Source: Gammaproteobacteria bacterium (lineage in GTDB: Bacteria > Pseudomonadota > Gammaproteobacteria > JBCCGL01). From it: 64,000 nucleotides of DNA. The stretch's first letter is position 1, and the number at the start of each line of letters is the position of its first letter. Below the pieces are notes generated by a model, which saw only the letters and a list, made by a program, of their open reading frames with translations, did not search any database and was not told the origin of the DNA. Shown piece after piece: positions 52,493 to 62,060 of the stretch. The DNA lies in contig OZ255836.1 in the NCBI GenBank assembly GCA_965277715.1, forward strand, positions 3,648,001 to 3,712,000, written 5' to 3'. The position numbers were made by a program, and so were the translations under genes.

Positions 52493-52638
52493 ATGGAGGA
52501 TGCCTTAAAACCACTGCGCCCGGTGATGCGGCGTTGGGAATCGACAAAAAATGCGTATTTACTCCGTGTAAGCGGCGTTTTTTTGTCAATTTCCACCTCG
52601 CCTCACCTTCGCTCGTGACGTTTTAAGACACCCGCCAT
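52493..52638. repeat. Long palindromic (MITE-like) element between rsfS and rlmH
   Basis: atggaggatgccttaaaaccac versus gtgacgttttaagacacccgccat; inner dyad gacaaaaaatgcg / cgttttttgtc. Confidence 0.6.
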
Positions 52639-53131
52639 GCGTGTGCACCTGCTGGCAGTCGGCCAAAAGATGCCCCGTTGGGTCAGTGATGGCTACCTCG
52701 GGTACGCCCGTCGGCTGCGCGGTGAGTTACAACTTGAGCTTAAAGAAATTGCACCGGGAAAGCGTACCCGTACTACCAGCGGTAACATGGTGTCACGCCT
52801 CGTTGAACAAGAGGGTGAGCGGCTGCTCAATGCGATTCCACGCCGTGCGCAGGTGATCGCGCTCGATGTCACGGGGCGCCACTGGTCTACCGAACAGTTG
52901 TCGCTGGAGGTGGCGCGCTGGTTGTCGAGTGGCAATGATACTGCGCTACTTGTCGGCGGGGCGGATGGCCTGTCACCCGCCTGCCTGGCACGGGCAGATG
53001 CCCGTTGGTCCTTGTCGGCGATGACATTTCCCCACCCGCTGGTGCGTGTGATTGTGGCTGAGCAACTCTACCGTGCGGTCAGTTTGTTGCACAACCATCC
53101 TTATCACAGGGCGGGTCACCGGGTGGATTGA
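52637..53131 (+). CDS. rlmH: 23S rRNA pseudouridine-1915 N3-methyltransferase
   Basis: LAVGQKMPRWV, VGGADG, LSAMTFPHPLVRV, HPYHR. Confidence 0.96.
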   Translation: MRVHLLAVGQKMPRWVSDGYLGYARRLRGELQLELKEIAPGKRTRTTSGNMVSRLVEQEGERLLNAIPRRAQVIALDVTGRHWSTEQLSLEVARWLSSGNDTALLVGGADGLSPACLARADARWSLSAMTFPHPLVRVIVAEQLYRAVSLLHNHPYHRAGHRVD

Positions 53132-53784
53132 TGGCACTGGTATTGGCTTCAGCGTCACCCCGACGACAGGCATTGTTGTCACAGCTTGGACTTAGCCATC
53201 GCGTATTGCCGGTCAATATTGACGAAACGGTCAACGACGGCGAAACCGCCGAGGTGTATACGCAGCGCCTGGCGCGTGAAAAGGCCCAGGCTGGTTTATC
53301 CCAGTTTAATTTATCCCGGGTTGATTTATCCCAGGTTGATTTATCCCGGGTTGATTTATCCCGGGCAGTTTCAGACAAGAACGATAATTGCGTGGTTATC
53401 GGTGCCGATACGGTGGTTTGCCTCGATGGTAATATTCTGGGTAAACCGGTGGATAAGGCGCACGCGTTAGCTATGCTGGGCGCACTTTCGGCCCGTAGAC
53501 ACTGTGTTATCACCGCGTTTACGGTCATTTCTGCGGTGCGTGAAATCAGCGGCTGTTGCAGTACAGATGTCTGGTTGGCAAATATAAGCCCTGCGCAACG
53601 CGAAGCGTATTGGTACAGTGGTGAACCTTGTGATAAAGCGGGTGCCTATGCGATACAGGGGCTTGGTGGCGTATTTGTCGAGCGTATTCAAGGTAGCTAT
53701 TCAAATGTCGTGGGCTTACCACTCCACGCGCTATCGACGGCATTGCAGGCTTTTGGGGTTGATGCACTGCGATCGAAACAATAA
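53131..53784 (+). CDS. maf: Maf family nucleotide pyrophosphatase (YhdE-like)
   Basis: LASASPRR, IGADTVV, GEPCDKAGAYAIQG, YSNVVGLP. Confidence 0.95.
   Translation: MALVLASASPRRQALLSQLGLSHRVLPVNIDETVNDGETAEVYTQRLAREKAQAGLSQFNLSRVDLSQVDLSRVDLSRAVSDKNDNCVVIGADTVVCLDGNILGKPVDKAHALAMLGALSARRHCVITAFTVISAVREISGCCSTDVWLANISPAQREAYWYSGEPCDKAGAYAIQGLGGVFVERIQGSYSNVVGLPLHALSTALQAFGVDALRSKQ
53296..53365 (+). repeat. 15-bp tandem repeat (about 4.7 copies) in frame within maf
   Basis: ttatccc(a/g)ggttgat units encoding LSQFN LSRVD LSQVD LSRVD LSR. Confidence 0.9.
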
Positions 53785-53800
53785 TTCTAATGGTTGAGTG

Positions 53801-55288
53801 ATGAGCGAAGAACTACTGATCAATGTAACACCCCAGGAAACGCGTGTGGCGACCGTCGAGAACGGTGTATTGCAAGAGGTGTGGGTTGAGCGTGCCAGTA
53901 AACGCGGCCTGGTTGGCAATGTATATAAAGGGAAGGTGGTGCGTGTACTGCCGGGGATGGATGCCGCTTTTATTGAAGTGGGCCTGGCACGTGCGGCATT
54001 TTTGCATGTTGCCGATATTGCCGATAAAGACAAATTTGACGTGGGTGAGAACGGCGAGCGACGGCAGAAACTGATTGGGGAAATTCTACGCACAGACCAG
54101 GAAGTGCTGGTGCAGGTGGTAAAAGACCCTCTTGGCACCAAAGGCGCCCGTTTGACTACGCACTTGACCATACCCTCGCGCTATCTGGTGTATATGCCCT
54201 ACGAAACGACACTGGGTGTCTCTGGCAAAATTGAAGGCAGCGTTGAGCGCGAACGCCTCAAGGCAATTTTGCACAGCGTGGTGGAAGCAGGCGAAGGGGG
54301 TTTTATTGTGCGTACTGCCGCAGAGGGGGTCGATGAGGCCGCGTTGAAACACGATATTACTTTTTTGCGCAAAATCTGGCGTTCACTGCAAAAAAGAGCC
54401 AACTGTACCTCGCCCGGAAAAGCGAAGACACCGGGGTATGTTGTGCATGAAGATCTGCCACTGGTGCTGCGCACCCTGCGCGATCTTGCGGGTGATGCCA
54501 TTGAGCGCATTCGTATTGACTCGCGTGAAAACTACCAAAAAGCACTGGCATTTTGCCACGACTTTTTACCGGGCATGAGCAGCACCATCGAACACTACCC
54601 CGGTGAGCGACCAATTTTTGATATCTACGCTATCGAAGATGAAATTCAAAAGGCACTGGGTAACAAGGTACAACTCAAATCCGGTGGTTACCTGATTATC
54701 GATCAAACCGAATCAATGACCACTATTGATGTCAATACGGGTGCTTTTGTGGGCTATAGCACCCTGGAAGAAACCATTTTTAAAACCAACCTCGAAGCGG
54801 CGCAAGCCATTGCGAGGCAGCTACGGCTGCGCAATCTCGGCGGTATTATTATCCTCGATTTTATCGATATGATCGAAGAGGGGCATAAGCAACAGGTATT
54901 GCGGGCGCTGGAAAAAGCCCTGGAACGGGACCGTGCACGCTTTCAGATTAGCCCGGTGTCTTCGTTGGGTCTGGTGGAAATGACCCGCAAGCGCACGCGT
55001 GAAAGCCTTGAACATGTGCTGTGTGAGGTGTGCAATGTATGCAGCGGGCGCGGCACAGTAAAAACCGCCGAGACCGTTTGCTATGAAATTCAGCGTGAAA
55101 TTATCCGCCAGGTGCGCCAGTTTGATGTGCGCTCGCTGACGGTTCTGGCCTCTCAGGAGGTTGTCGATATGTTGGTCGATGAACAGTCCACGGCGCTCGC
55201 TGAGCTGGAGGCGTTTATCGGAGTGCCGGTTCGCTTGCAGGGCGAGTATATGTATAACCAGGAACAGTACGACGTAGTGCTGGTCTGA
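53801..55288 (+). CDS. rng: Ribonuclease G
   Basis: EELLINVTPQETRVA, S1 domain, TTIDVNTG, LRLRNLGGIIILDFIDM. Confidence 0.96.
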   Translation: MSEELLINVTPQETRVATVENGVLQEVWVERASKRGLVGNVYKGKVVRVLPGMDAAFIEVGLARAAFLHVADIADKDKFDVGENGERRQKLIGEILRTDQEVLVQVVKDPLGTKGARLTTHLTIPSRYLVYMPYETTLGVSGKIEGSVERERLKAILHSVVEAGEGGFIVRTAAEGVDEAALKHDITFLRKIWRSLQKRANCTSPGKAKTPGYVVHEDLPLVLRTLRDLAGDAIERIRIDSRENYQKALAFCHDFLPGMSSTIEHYPGERPIFDIYAIEDEIQKALGNKVQLKSGGYLIIDQTESMTTIDVNTGAFVGYSTLEETIFKTNLEAAQAIARQLRLRNLGGIIILDFIDMIEEGHKQQVLRALEKALERDRARFQISPVSSLGLVEMTRKRTRESLEHVLCEVCNVCSGRGTVKTAETVCYEIQREIIRQVRQFDVRSLTVLASQEVVDMLVDEQSTALAELEAFIGVPVRLQGEYMYNQEQYDVVLV

Positions 55289-55314
55289 TAACGTTATCGA
55301 TAACCCTCTCCCTT

Positions 55315-58300
55315 ATGTTGCGTAAATTCCGACAGGTTCTATGGCTGACCGCCGCCGTGTTGCTGATCGTGTTTGCAGCGGCGTTGGCGCTGGTGCGCCT
55401 GGCCTCGCCGCTGGTCTCCAATTACACCGCGCAGCTCGAAATGCTGGTAGCGGAAAACCTTGGTACGCCTGTGCGTATTGGTGAGATGACGGTTCAATGG
55501 CGCGGTTGGGCGCCGCGCATGAAGTTGCGCAATGTGGTCTTAACCGGGCCAACCGGCGAGGGGGAACTGCTGCGTTTAAAGGAAGTATTTTTCACAGTGC
55601 AGCTAAGTCGGCTATTGTCTGGTGAGCGTATGCAAATCGCCGATATTCGCTTCGATGGCCTTCACGTTGTTGTGCGGCGTGACCCCAATGGCCGTATTGC
55701 GGTGAGTGGGATATACACAGACACGCAGGTGGGCACTATTGCTCAAACACCCACTCAGGATGATGGGCTTGCCGATGTATTGAGCGCTCTGTTATTGCTC
55801 GGCCGCATCGATTTCACCAACGGGTCGATTGTGTTTAATGATGCGGTGCGTGGCATCGATTACACTTTCCCCAAGACGAATATTCACCTGCAAAACACAG
55901 GTGACCAACACCAGGTTTACGCCCATATCGCGTTGCCCCCCGCGTTGGGCGAACAACTGGATATTCACCTGGATTTGATCGGTGGTGGCACCGATTTCAA
56001 CCGTTGGCACGGTGCTGCGTATATCGCTGGGCGCGGGCTGCAATTGACCGAGTGGCTCGATGTTATCCCTGATAATCCGGTGGCGCTGCACAGCGGATCA
56101 TTGGACTTCTCACTGTGGGGCGACTGGCGTGAAGGTCAATTACAGTCAGTCCTTGGACAGTGGGATAGCGGGCAAATTGCCCTGGCTGCGGGAGACAGCC
56201 AGATGGACAACAGCCAAACGGGTAATGAACAAGCTGATCACAACGATAGCCGTGTAGCGCCCTGGCGTATCGACCAACTGACGGCATCGGCACATTGGCA
56301 GCGCAAGGCGTGGGGCTGGGACCTCGCCGTCAGTGATATTGCCGTTCAGCGTGAACAGCAGATATGGCCCCGCAACGCCATGCGTGTGGTAGCCAGAGAT
56401 AACGAAAAAGGCGAACAGGTGATAGAGGGCAACGGCCATTTTGTGCCTGTGGCTGATTCCGTTAGCCTGGTGTTGGCGACTGTGCTGAGTGATACCCCAC
56501 CAGCTCAGCAACTAAAGGCTATGCAACCCCAGGGGATGCTGAATAACTGGCAGTTTGAATACAACACGGCGCTGCCGGTAAAAACGGGGATAAAAATAGC
56601 CAGTGATTTTACCGGTGTAGGCTACCGGGCAGACGGGGATATTCCCGGTGTCGAAGGTTTACACGGGGTGTTTCGCGGTGTAGGTGAAACGCTGGAGCTG
56701 GATGTCGATAGCCGCAATGTCGTGGTTGACGCCCGCCCCCTGTTTCGCCATGTCATGCAGCTTGACACGCTCGCAGGCCTTACCCAGGTACGCCTGCTGG
56801 AAAAGGGGGTGAGAGTAATCGCTGAACACCTGGTGGTTGAAAACGCCGACCTCAAATCGAGCGCCCGATTTGATATTGACTACCGCGAGGGCGCACCGTT
56901 GCTAATGGATATACAGGCCAATTTTCACGATGGTCAGGGCCACAATGGCTACAAATACCTGCCCGTTGGCATTATGGATGACGAACTGGTCGAATGGATT
57001 GATACGGCGGTGGTCGGTGGTATGGTGACGCAAGGTTCACTATTGTTGCGGGGTAGTGCAGAAGACTTCCCCTATGCCAATGGCGAAGGTGTATTTGAGG
57101 TTGAGAGTGATGTGCAGGACGTAACACTGAACTATGACCCCGATTGGCCGATAGCGTCGGGTGTCGATGCCAAACTGCATTTTTCCGGCCCCTCATTCAG
57201 TGCCCAGATACGTAAAGGCCAGGTGCAGGAATCGTCTATCGATAATGTGCTGGGGTACATTGAAGATATGGAAAACCCCGTGGTTGAGGTCAAGGGCACA
57301 TTGAGTACACAGGTGCCCAAGCTAATCGATTTTGCGGTGACAGGCGCACTGTCAGACCACCTATACGCAACGTTTAACACCTTTAGTGGGAGTGGGCGCG
57401 CAGGTGTGGCGGTCGATATTAATTTGCCGATAGGGGAAGGCACACCCCCGGTCAGCGTTAAGGGTGGGGTTACCTTTGATGATGCACATTTTTATCTCAC
57501 GGGTATTGATACGAAACTTTCCGCCGTGAACGGCACGGTTAAATTTACGCAGAAAGGGGTGAGTGCAGAAAACCTTCAAGTGGTCGCTCTCGATACGCCG
57601 CTATCGGTCGATGCCGCATCACAGCCCCAGGCAAATGGGCAGCACAATACCCTGATCAGTATTCGCGGTGATATACCCGTAAGCCGTGTGCTGGAGAGGC
57701 TGGACATTCCATTTGGCCATTATTTTAAGGGGCGATCGGCGTGGTTGGTGGAATTGAATATCGCCCCGCCGCGCTCGCGAACTGAAGCGGGTGAAATCGA
57801 TTTGACGGTGCACAGTGACCTTGTTGGTACGCATATCGATTTACCGGCTCCGCTGTGGAAGCCGGTAAAACAAACCCGGCCATTTTCTTTGTCGGTGCGG
57901 GTTGCAGGGCCGCGTCGGCTTGAGCGCTGGCAGGCCCGTTACGCAGATATTCTCAGTGTTGCGGCGAAAACGCCCGCCGCACGGCCAACCCCCCAAAGTG
58001 TCATGCTTAACTTTGGTGGGGGTGAGGCCAAACTGCCCAAAACGGATGGCTATTATGCTAAGGGCAATGTCGATATAGTCGATTTTGACGCCTGGCGTGA
58101 CATGTTGTTCAAACTGGCAGAGGATAAGACTATGCCAGAGCGCGTATTTGGCGCATTGATCAATACGCAACTACACATTAACCGCCTGCACGTTTTTAAT
58201 TCACACATTAATGCTATCGATCTAACCATTGAGAGTGAAAGCAATGCCTGGCAGATCAATGCCAATAGCGATCTGTTGAGTGGTTACGCACGCCTGCCGC

Positions 58301-59232
58301 GCCCTTTCGATTCTGCCAATGCGTTCAAGGTTCACTTCTATAAGTTCGACTACGATGCACTGAAGGCCAATTATATTAATCCACTGGAAGAAGTGCCTTT
58401 ACTCGATCCGCGTACAATACCGCCGTTCAGTATCACCATGGACGAGCTGTTATGGCAGTCTTACCTGCTCAAACAAGTCAATATTGTCGCTCAACCACGC
58501 AAGAATGGCCTGTTGCTGTCCCCAATCAGTGTCGATAACGAGTACATGCATATGAGTGGAACGGGCTTGTGGTCTTATCAGCCAAAAGCCGATGAGCACA
58601 ATACGTTTTTGGGGTTGCGCTTCGGCAGCAAAAATATCGGCAAAGCGCTGGAAGAAATGGGTAAGGAATCAGTGATTGGTGAGGGGCATGGTTATATTAA
58701 GGTCGATCTTAACTGGCCAAATACGCTATACAGCCCAGATACGGAAAGCCTTATCGGATCACTGGATCTGCGCTTCAAAAAAGGCCGTGTTTTAACAGTC
58801 GACCCAGGGGCGGGCCGCCTGGTGGGTTTGCTGGCGCTCCAGGAACTGCCGCGCCGCCTTTTGTTCGACTTCAGTGATGCGACAGAAGAGGGTACTGAGT
58901 TTGATAACGTCGCTGGCGGTATGACAATCACTGCTGGCCAGGTGCGCACCGCGCTGGTGCGCATGCAAGGGCCTATTGGTGTAATTGATATGCGCGGCAG
59001 TTCCAACCTACTGGATAAAACCTATGATTACGATATTGCCGTTCTGCCGCAATTGGGATCTACCCTACCCGTGCTGGGAGCAATCGCAACGGGAGGGCTG
59101 GCGGCGGGTGTGACGGTATTCCTGACGGATAACCTGTTAAAAGGGCTGGGCATTAATATAGATGCGTTAATCAAGCGCGATTACACATTAACCGGGAGTT
59201 GGGATGCCCCTGTCTTTGAGAGAGTCGATTAG
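55315..59232 (+). CDS. yhdP: YhdP / AsmA-like protein
   Basis: 1305 aa with N-terminal anchor, YLPVGIMDDELVEW, LPRRLLFDFSD, YTLTGSWDAP; sits between rng and tldD. Confidence 0.9.
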   Translation: MLRKFRQVLWLTAAVLLIVFAAALALVRLASPLVSNYTAQLEMLVAENLGTPVRIGEMTVQWRGWAPRMKLRNVVLTGPTGEGELLRLKEVFFTVQLSRLLSGERMQIADIRFDGLHVVVRRDPNGRIAVSGIYTDTQVGTIAQTPTQDDGLADVLSALLLLGRIDFTNGSIVFNDAVRGIDYTFPKTNIHLQNTGDQHQVYAHIALPPALGEQLDIHLDLIGGGTDFNRWHGAAYIAGRGLQLTEWLDVIPDNPVALHSGSLDFSLWGDWREGQLQSVLGQWDSGQIALAAGDSQMDNSQTGNEQADHNDSRVAPWRIDQLTASAHWQRKAWGWDLAVSDIAVQREQQIWPRNAMRVVARDNEKGEQVIEGNGHFVPVADSVSLVLATVLSDTPPAQQLKAMQPQGMLNNWQFEYNTALPVKTGIKIASDFTGVGYRADGDIPGVEGLHGVFRGVGETLELDVDSRNVVVDARPLFRHVMQLDTLAGLTQVRLLEKGVRVIAEHLVVENADLKSSARFDIDYREGAPLLMDIQANFHDGQGHNGYKYLPVGIMDDELVEWIDTAVVGGMVTQGSLLLRGSAEDFPYANGEGVFEVESDVQDVTLNYDPDWPIASGVDAKLHFSGPSFSAQIRKGQVQESSIDNVLGYIEDMENPVVEVKGTLSTQVPKLIDFAVTGALSDHLYATFNTFSGSGRAGVAVDINLPIGEGTPPVSVKGGVTFDDAHFYLTGIDTKLSAVNGTVKFTQKGVSAENLQVVALDTPLSVDAASQPQANGQHNTLISIRGDIPVSRVLERLDIPFGHYFKGRSAWLVELNIAPPRSRTEAGEIDLTVHSDLVGTHIDLPAPLWKPVKQTRPFSLSVRVAGPRRLERWQARYADILSVAAKTPAARPTPQSVMLNFGGGEAKLPKTDGYYAKGNVDIVDFDAWRDMLFKLAEDKTMPERVFGALINTQLHINRLHVFNSHINAIDLTIESESNAWQINANSDLLSGYARLPRPFDSANAFKVHFYKFDYDALKANYINPLEEVPLLDPRTIPPFSITMDELLWQSYLLKQVNIVAQPRKNGLLLSPISVDNEYMHMSGTGLWSYQPKADEHNTFLGLRFGSKNIGKALEEMGKESVIGEGHGYIKVDLNWPNTLYSPDTESLIGSLDLRFKKGRVLTVDPGAGRLVGLLALQELPRRLLFDFSDATEEGTEFDNVAGGMTITAGQVRTALVRMQGPIGVIDMRGSSNLLDKTYDYDIAVLPQLGSTLPVLGAIATGGLAAGVTVFLTDNLLKGLGINIDALIKRDYTLTGSWDAPVFERVD

Positions 59233-59257
59233 GGGGCGCTTTCGCCCGTATTTTTTG

Positions 59258-59605
59258 ATGAAAAAGTCGATACAAAACCCCATTATTTGCCTGCTATTAT
59301 CCGGTGTACTTTGCCCTTTAGTCACGGCAGCAGATAGCTATACGCTGAGTGCGGATGAATGGGCGCGGCCACGCAGAGGTGATGTGGTGGTACAGTTACC
59401 CGCCGTTCGGCAAATGGTTGAAAAATGGATGCAAAGCGAACAGGCAGTGATTGATATTCGCTATCCGGGCGGTGAGGCGGGCAGTTTGTGGGCGTCTGAA
59501 CTGCACGACTGGCTGGTCGCGCTGGGTATACCGTCCAGTCTTATTACCTCGCAGGCGGGCAGCCCCAATGGTGATGAATTGATTATGCACATTGTGCAGA
59601 AGTGA
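59258..59605 (+). CDS. Hypothetical exported protein
   Basis: Signal-peptide-like N-terminus; protein-like segment IRYPGGEAGSLWASELHDWLVALG. Confidence 0.7.
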   Translation: MKKSIQNPIICLLLSGVLCPLVTAADSYTLSADEWARPRRGDVVVQLPAVRQMVEKWMQSEQAVIDIRYPGGEAGSLWASELHDWLVALGIPSSLITSQAGSPNGDELIMHIVQK

Positions 59606-59733
59606 CTGTTCAGCGTGTTTGACTTATTTAGGGTTACACGATGGTAGTGAAACATAAGTATGAAAACGGTTCTTACAAGGTACACTGGCAGTCAAGTGAT
59701 CGGTGATTTATTTTATAGGGTGGATATAACTAA

Positions 59734-61182
59734 ATGGCAAATGTAGATGCAATGGCAGTGGCGAAGGCGCGTATCCTCGACCCGGCAGGGCTGGGTGAAG
59801 CTGAACTGAGCCGGGTGCTGGAGAGTATGCTGGCGTATAAGGTCGACGCAGGTGATATGTATTTCCAGCTTGGCCAGCATGAATCCTGGGTACTTGAAGA
59901 CGGCATTGTCAAAGAGGGTACCCACAGCATTGAGCAAGGTGTCGGTGTGCGCGCTGTCAGTGGAGAGAAGACGGGCTTTGCCTACTCGGATGAAATTGTC
60001 CTGCCCGCTTTGCTGAGCGCTGCAGAGTCGGCGCGTGCCATCAGTCGGGCGGGCCAGCAGGGGCAGGTGTGTGCCTGGCGTGCCTCACCGACAACCGGCT
60101 TGTATCAGCCTGTTGACCCAATAGGTAGCCTCAGTGCCGATGAAAAGGTGGCATTATTGCGGCGGGCCGATGCTGAAGCGCGCAAGCAGGATGTTCGGGT
60201 TAAACAAGTTATCGCGAGTATCTCCGCGAGCCACGATGTGATTTGTGTGGCCGCCACCGATGGCACGCTGGCCGCTGACGTACGCCCCTTAGTGCGCATC
60301 AATGTAATGGTGGTGGTTGAGGATGGCAACCATCGTGAACAGGCCAGCGCTGGCGGCGGCGGGCGCTATAGCCTGTCGGCGTTTAATGCCGATGACACTG
60401 TTGAAACCTACGCACGTGAGGCCGTGCGCCAGGCATTGGTTAACCTCGATGCGGTAGCGACCCCGGCGGGCACCATGAATGTCGTGCTCGGCCCCGGCTG
60501 GCCGGGGGTATTACTGCACGAGGCAATTGGTCACGGTCTGGAAGGGGATTTTAATCGCAAGGGCACCTCGGCATTCTCGGGTCGCATCGGCGACAAGGTT
60601 GCCTCTGAGCAATGCACCATTGTCGACGATGGGACGCTGGCGGATCGGCGCGGCTCGCTGACAATCGACGATGAAGGGGTTCCCGCAGAAAACACCGTAC
60701 TGATCGAAAACGGCAGGCTTAAAGGCTATATGCAGGACAAAATGAACGCACGTTTAATGGGGGGGCAATCGACTGGTAATGGTCGGCGCGAATCTTACGC
60801 CCACCTGCCGATGCCACGGATGACCAACACCTACATGCTCGCGGGCAAATACGACCCCGAAGAGATTATCGCCTCGGTTGATAAAGGCTTATACGCGGTT
60901 AATTTTGGCGGTGGCCAGGTCGACATTACGTCTGGAAAGTTCGTTTTTTCTACCTCTGAGGCGTATTTAATTGAAGGGGGTAAGATCACCCGGCCAGTTA
61001 AAGACGCCACGCTGGTGGGAAATGGCCCGGATGTACTGACCCGCGTATCGATGGTTGGCAATGACCTGGCCCTGGATACCGGTGTCGGTGTGTGCGGTAA
61101 GGAAGGGCAGAGTGTGCCGGTGGGTGTGGGCCAACCGACTTTGCGGGTGGATGGCTTGACGGTAGGTGGTACGGCGGCGTAA
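59734..61182 (+). CDS. tldD: Metalloprotease TldD
   Basis: [49 protein letters not shown]. Confidence 0.97.
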   Translation: MANVDAMAVAKARILDPAGLGEAELSRVLESMLAYKVDAGDMYFQLGQHESWVLEDGIVKEGTHSIEQGVGVRAVSGEKTGFAYSDEIVLPALLSAAESARAISRAGQQGQVCAWRASPTTGLYQPVDPIGSLSADEKVALLRRADAEARKQDVRVKQVIASISASHDVICVAATDGTLAADVRPLVRINVMVVVEDGNHREQASAGGGGRYSLSAFNADDTVETYAREAVRQALVNLDAVATPAGTMNVVLGPGWPGVLLHEAIGHGLEGDFNRKGTSAFSGRIGDKVASEQCTIVDDGTLADRRGSLTIDDEGVPAENTVLIENGRLKGYMQDKMNARLMGGQSTGNGRRESYAHLPMPRMTNTYMLAGKYDPEEIIASVDKGLYAVNFGGGQVDITSGKFVFSTSEAYLIEGGKITRPVKDATLVGNGPDVLTRVSMVGNDLALDTGVGVCGKEGQSVPVGVGQPTLRVDGLTVGGTAA

Positions 61183-61200
61183 TGATCCTCGTTGTCAGGG

Positions 61201-61905
61201 CTATGCGAGATATTTCACCCATTCATCGGGTGTGGCGCGCTCTGTGATAAGCGCGTTTTCAATCGCTGCGCCATCTGCATAGCCCACTGCCAGCCCACAC
61301 ACAACCACCTCCTCTTCACTGAGCGACAGCACCTGGCGAATTGGCCGGTGAAAATCGGCCCAGGCTGCCTGTGGGCACGTGTGCAGCCCCTGCTCGCGTG
61401 CCAGCAACATCATATTCTGTAAAAACATCCCGTAGTCGAGCCAACTGCCGGTGGCAAGTGCGCGGTGAATCGTAAAAATCACCCCTACCGGCGCATCGAA
61501 AAATTGAAAATTGCGGCGGTGCTGGGCGTGCATCTTATCCCGTTCCGCTTTGCCGATGCCGAGTAAGCCGTACAAATCCCAACCCACTTTCCTGCGCCGT
61601 GAGATATACGGCTCAAACCACTTTTCAGGGTAGTAACGCTGCTCGCCCTGGTGCTGCCCCCGCTCGTTATCAAAGGCGTGACATACCGCCTCGCACAGCC
61701 GTTGCCGGGTATCACCTTTCACCACATAGGCCTGCCAGGGTTGCATATTCGTGCCGCTGGGCGCTCTTGCGGCTTTTTCCAGGAGTGATGCCAGTTGCTC
61801 ATCGCTGACGTCAGTCGGTAAAAATGCACGCAGTGAACGGCGTGTGATAACTGCCTCACTGACAGTTTCGGCGGCGGTGTAACTGATGGTGCCCGGTTGA
61901 CTCAT
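61201..61905 (-). CDS. Nitroreductase family protein
   Basis: RRSLRAF, APSGTNMQPW, FFDAP, GLHTCPQ. Confidence 0.92.
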   Translation of the reverse strand: MSQPGTISYTAAETVSEAVITRRSLRAFLPTDVSDEQLASLLEKAARAPSGTNMQPWQAYVVKGDTRQRLCEAVCHAFDNERGQHQGEQRYYPEKWFEPYISRRRKVGWDLYGLLGIGKAERDKMHAQHRRNFQFFDAPVGVIFTIHRALATGSWLDYGMFLQNMMLLAREQGLHTCPQAAWADFHRPIRQVLSLSEEEVVVCGLAVGYADGAAIENALITERATPDEWVKYLA

Positions 61906-62060
61906 AGGTCTCTACTTTGCAGGAACTGGTGAACCGAAGAGTGCCAGAAGAATAACCATTCTGCCAATGGTTGTTGACAGCCCTGTCTATTGTCAACTGA
62001 AACTTGACAGCGTCGTCTGCCTCTAAGCCATTTTCAATGGCGGCTATAGTGATAAATACG

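Noticed and set aside
53296-53365. CRISPR array
   Set aside because: Contiguous 15-bp units without spacers inside a CDS; no cas genes or arrays seen anywhere in the window.
59734-61182. TldD as a dedicated RiPP maturation protease
   Set aside because: It sits in its usual rng-yhdP-tldD context and the cluster has its own B2 peptidase.
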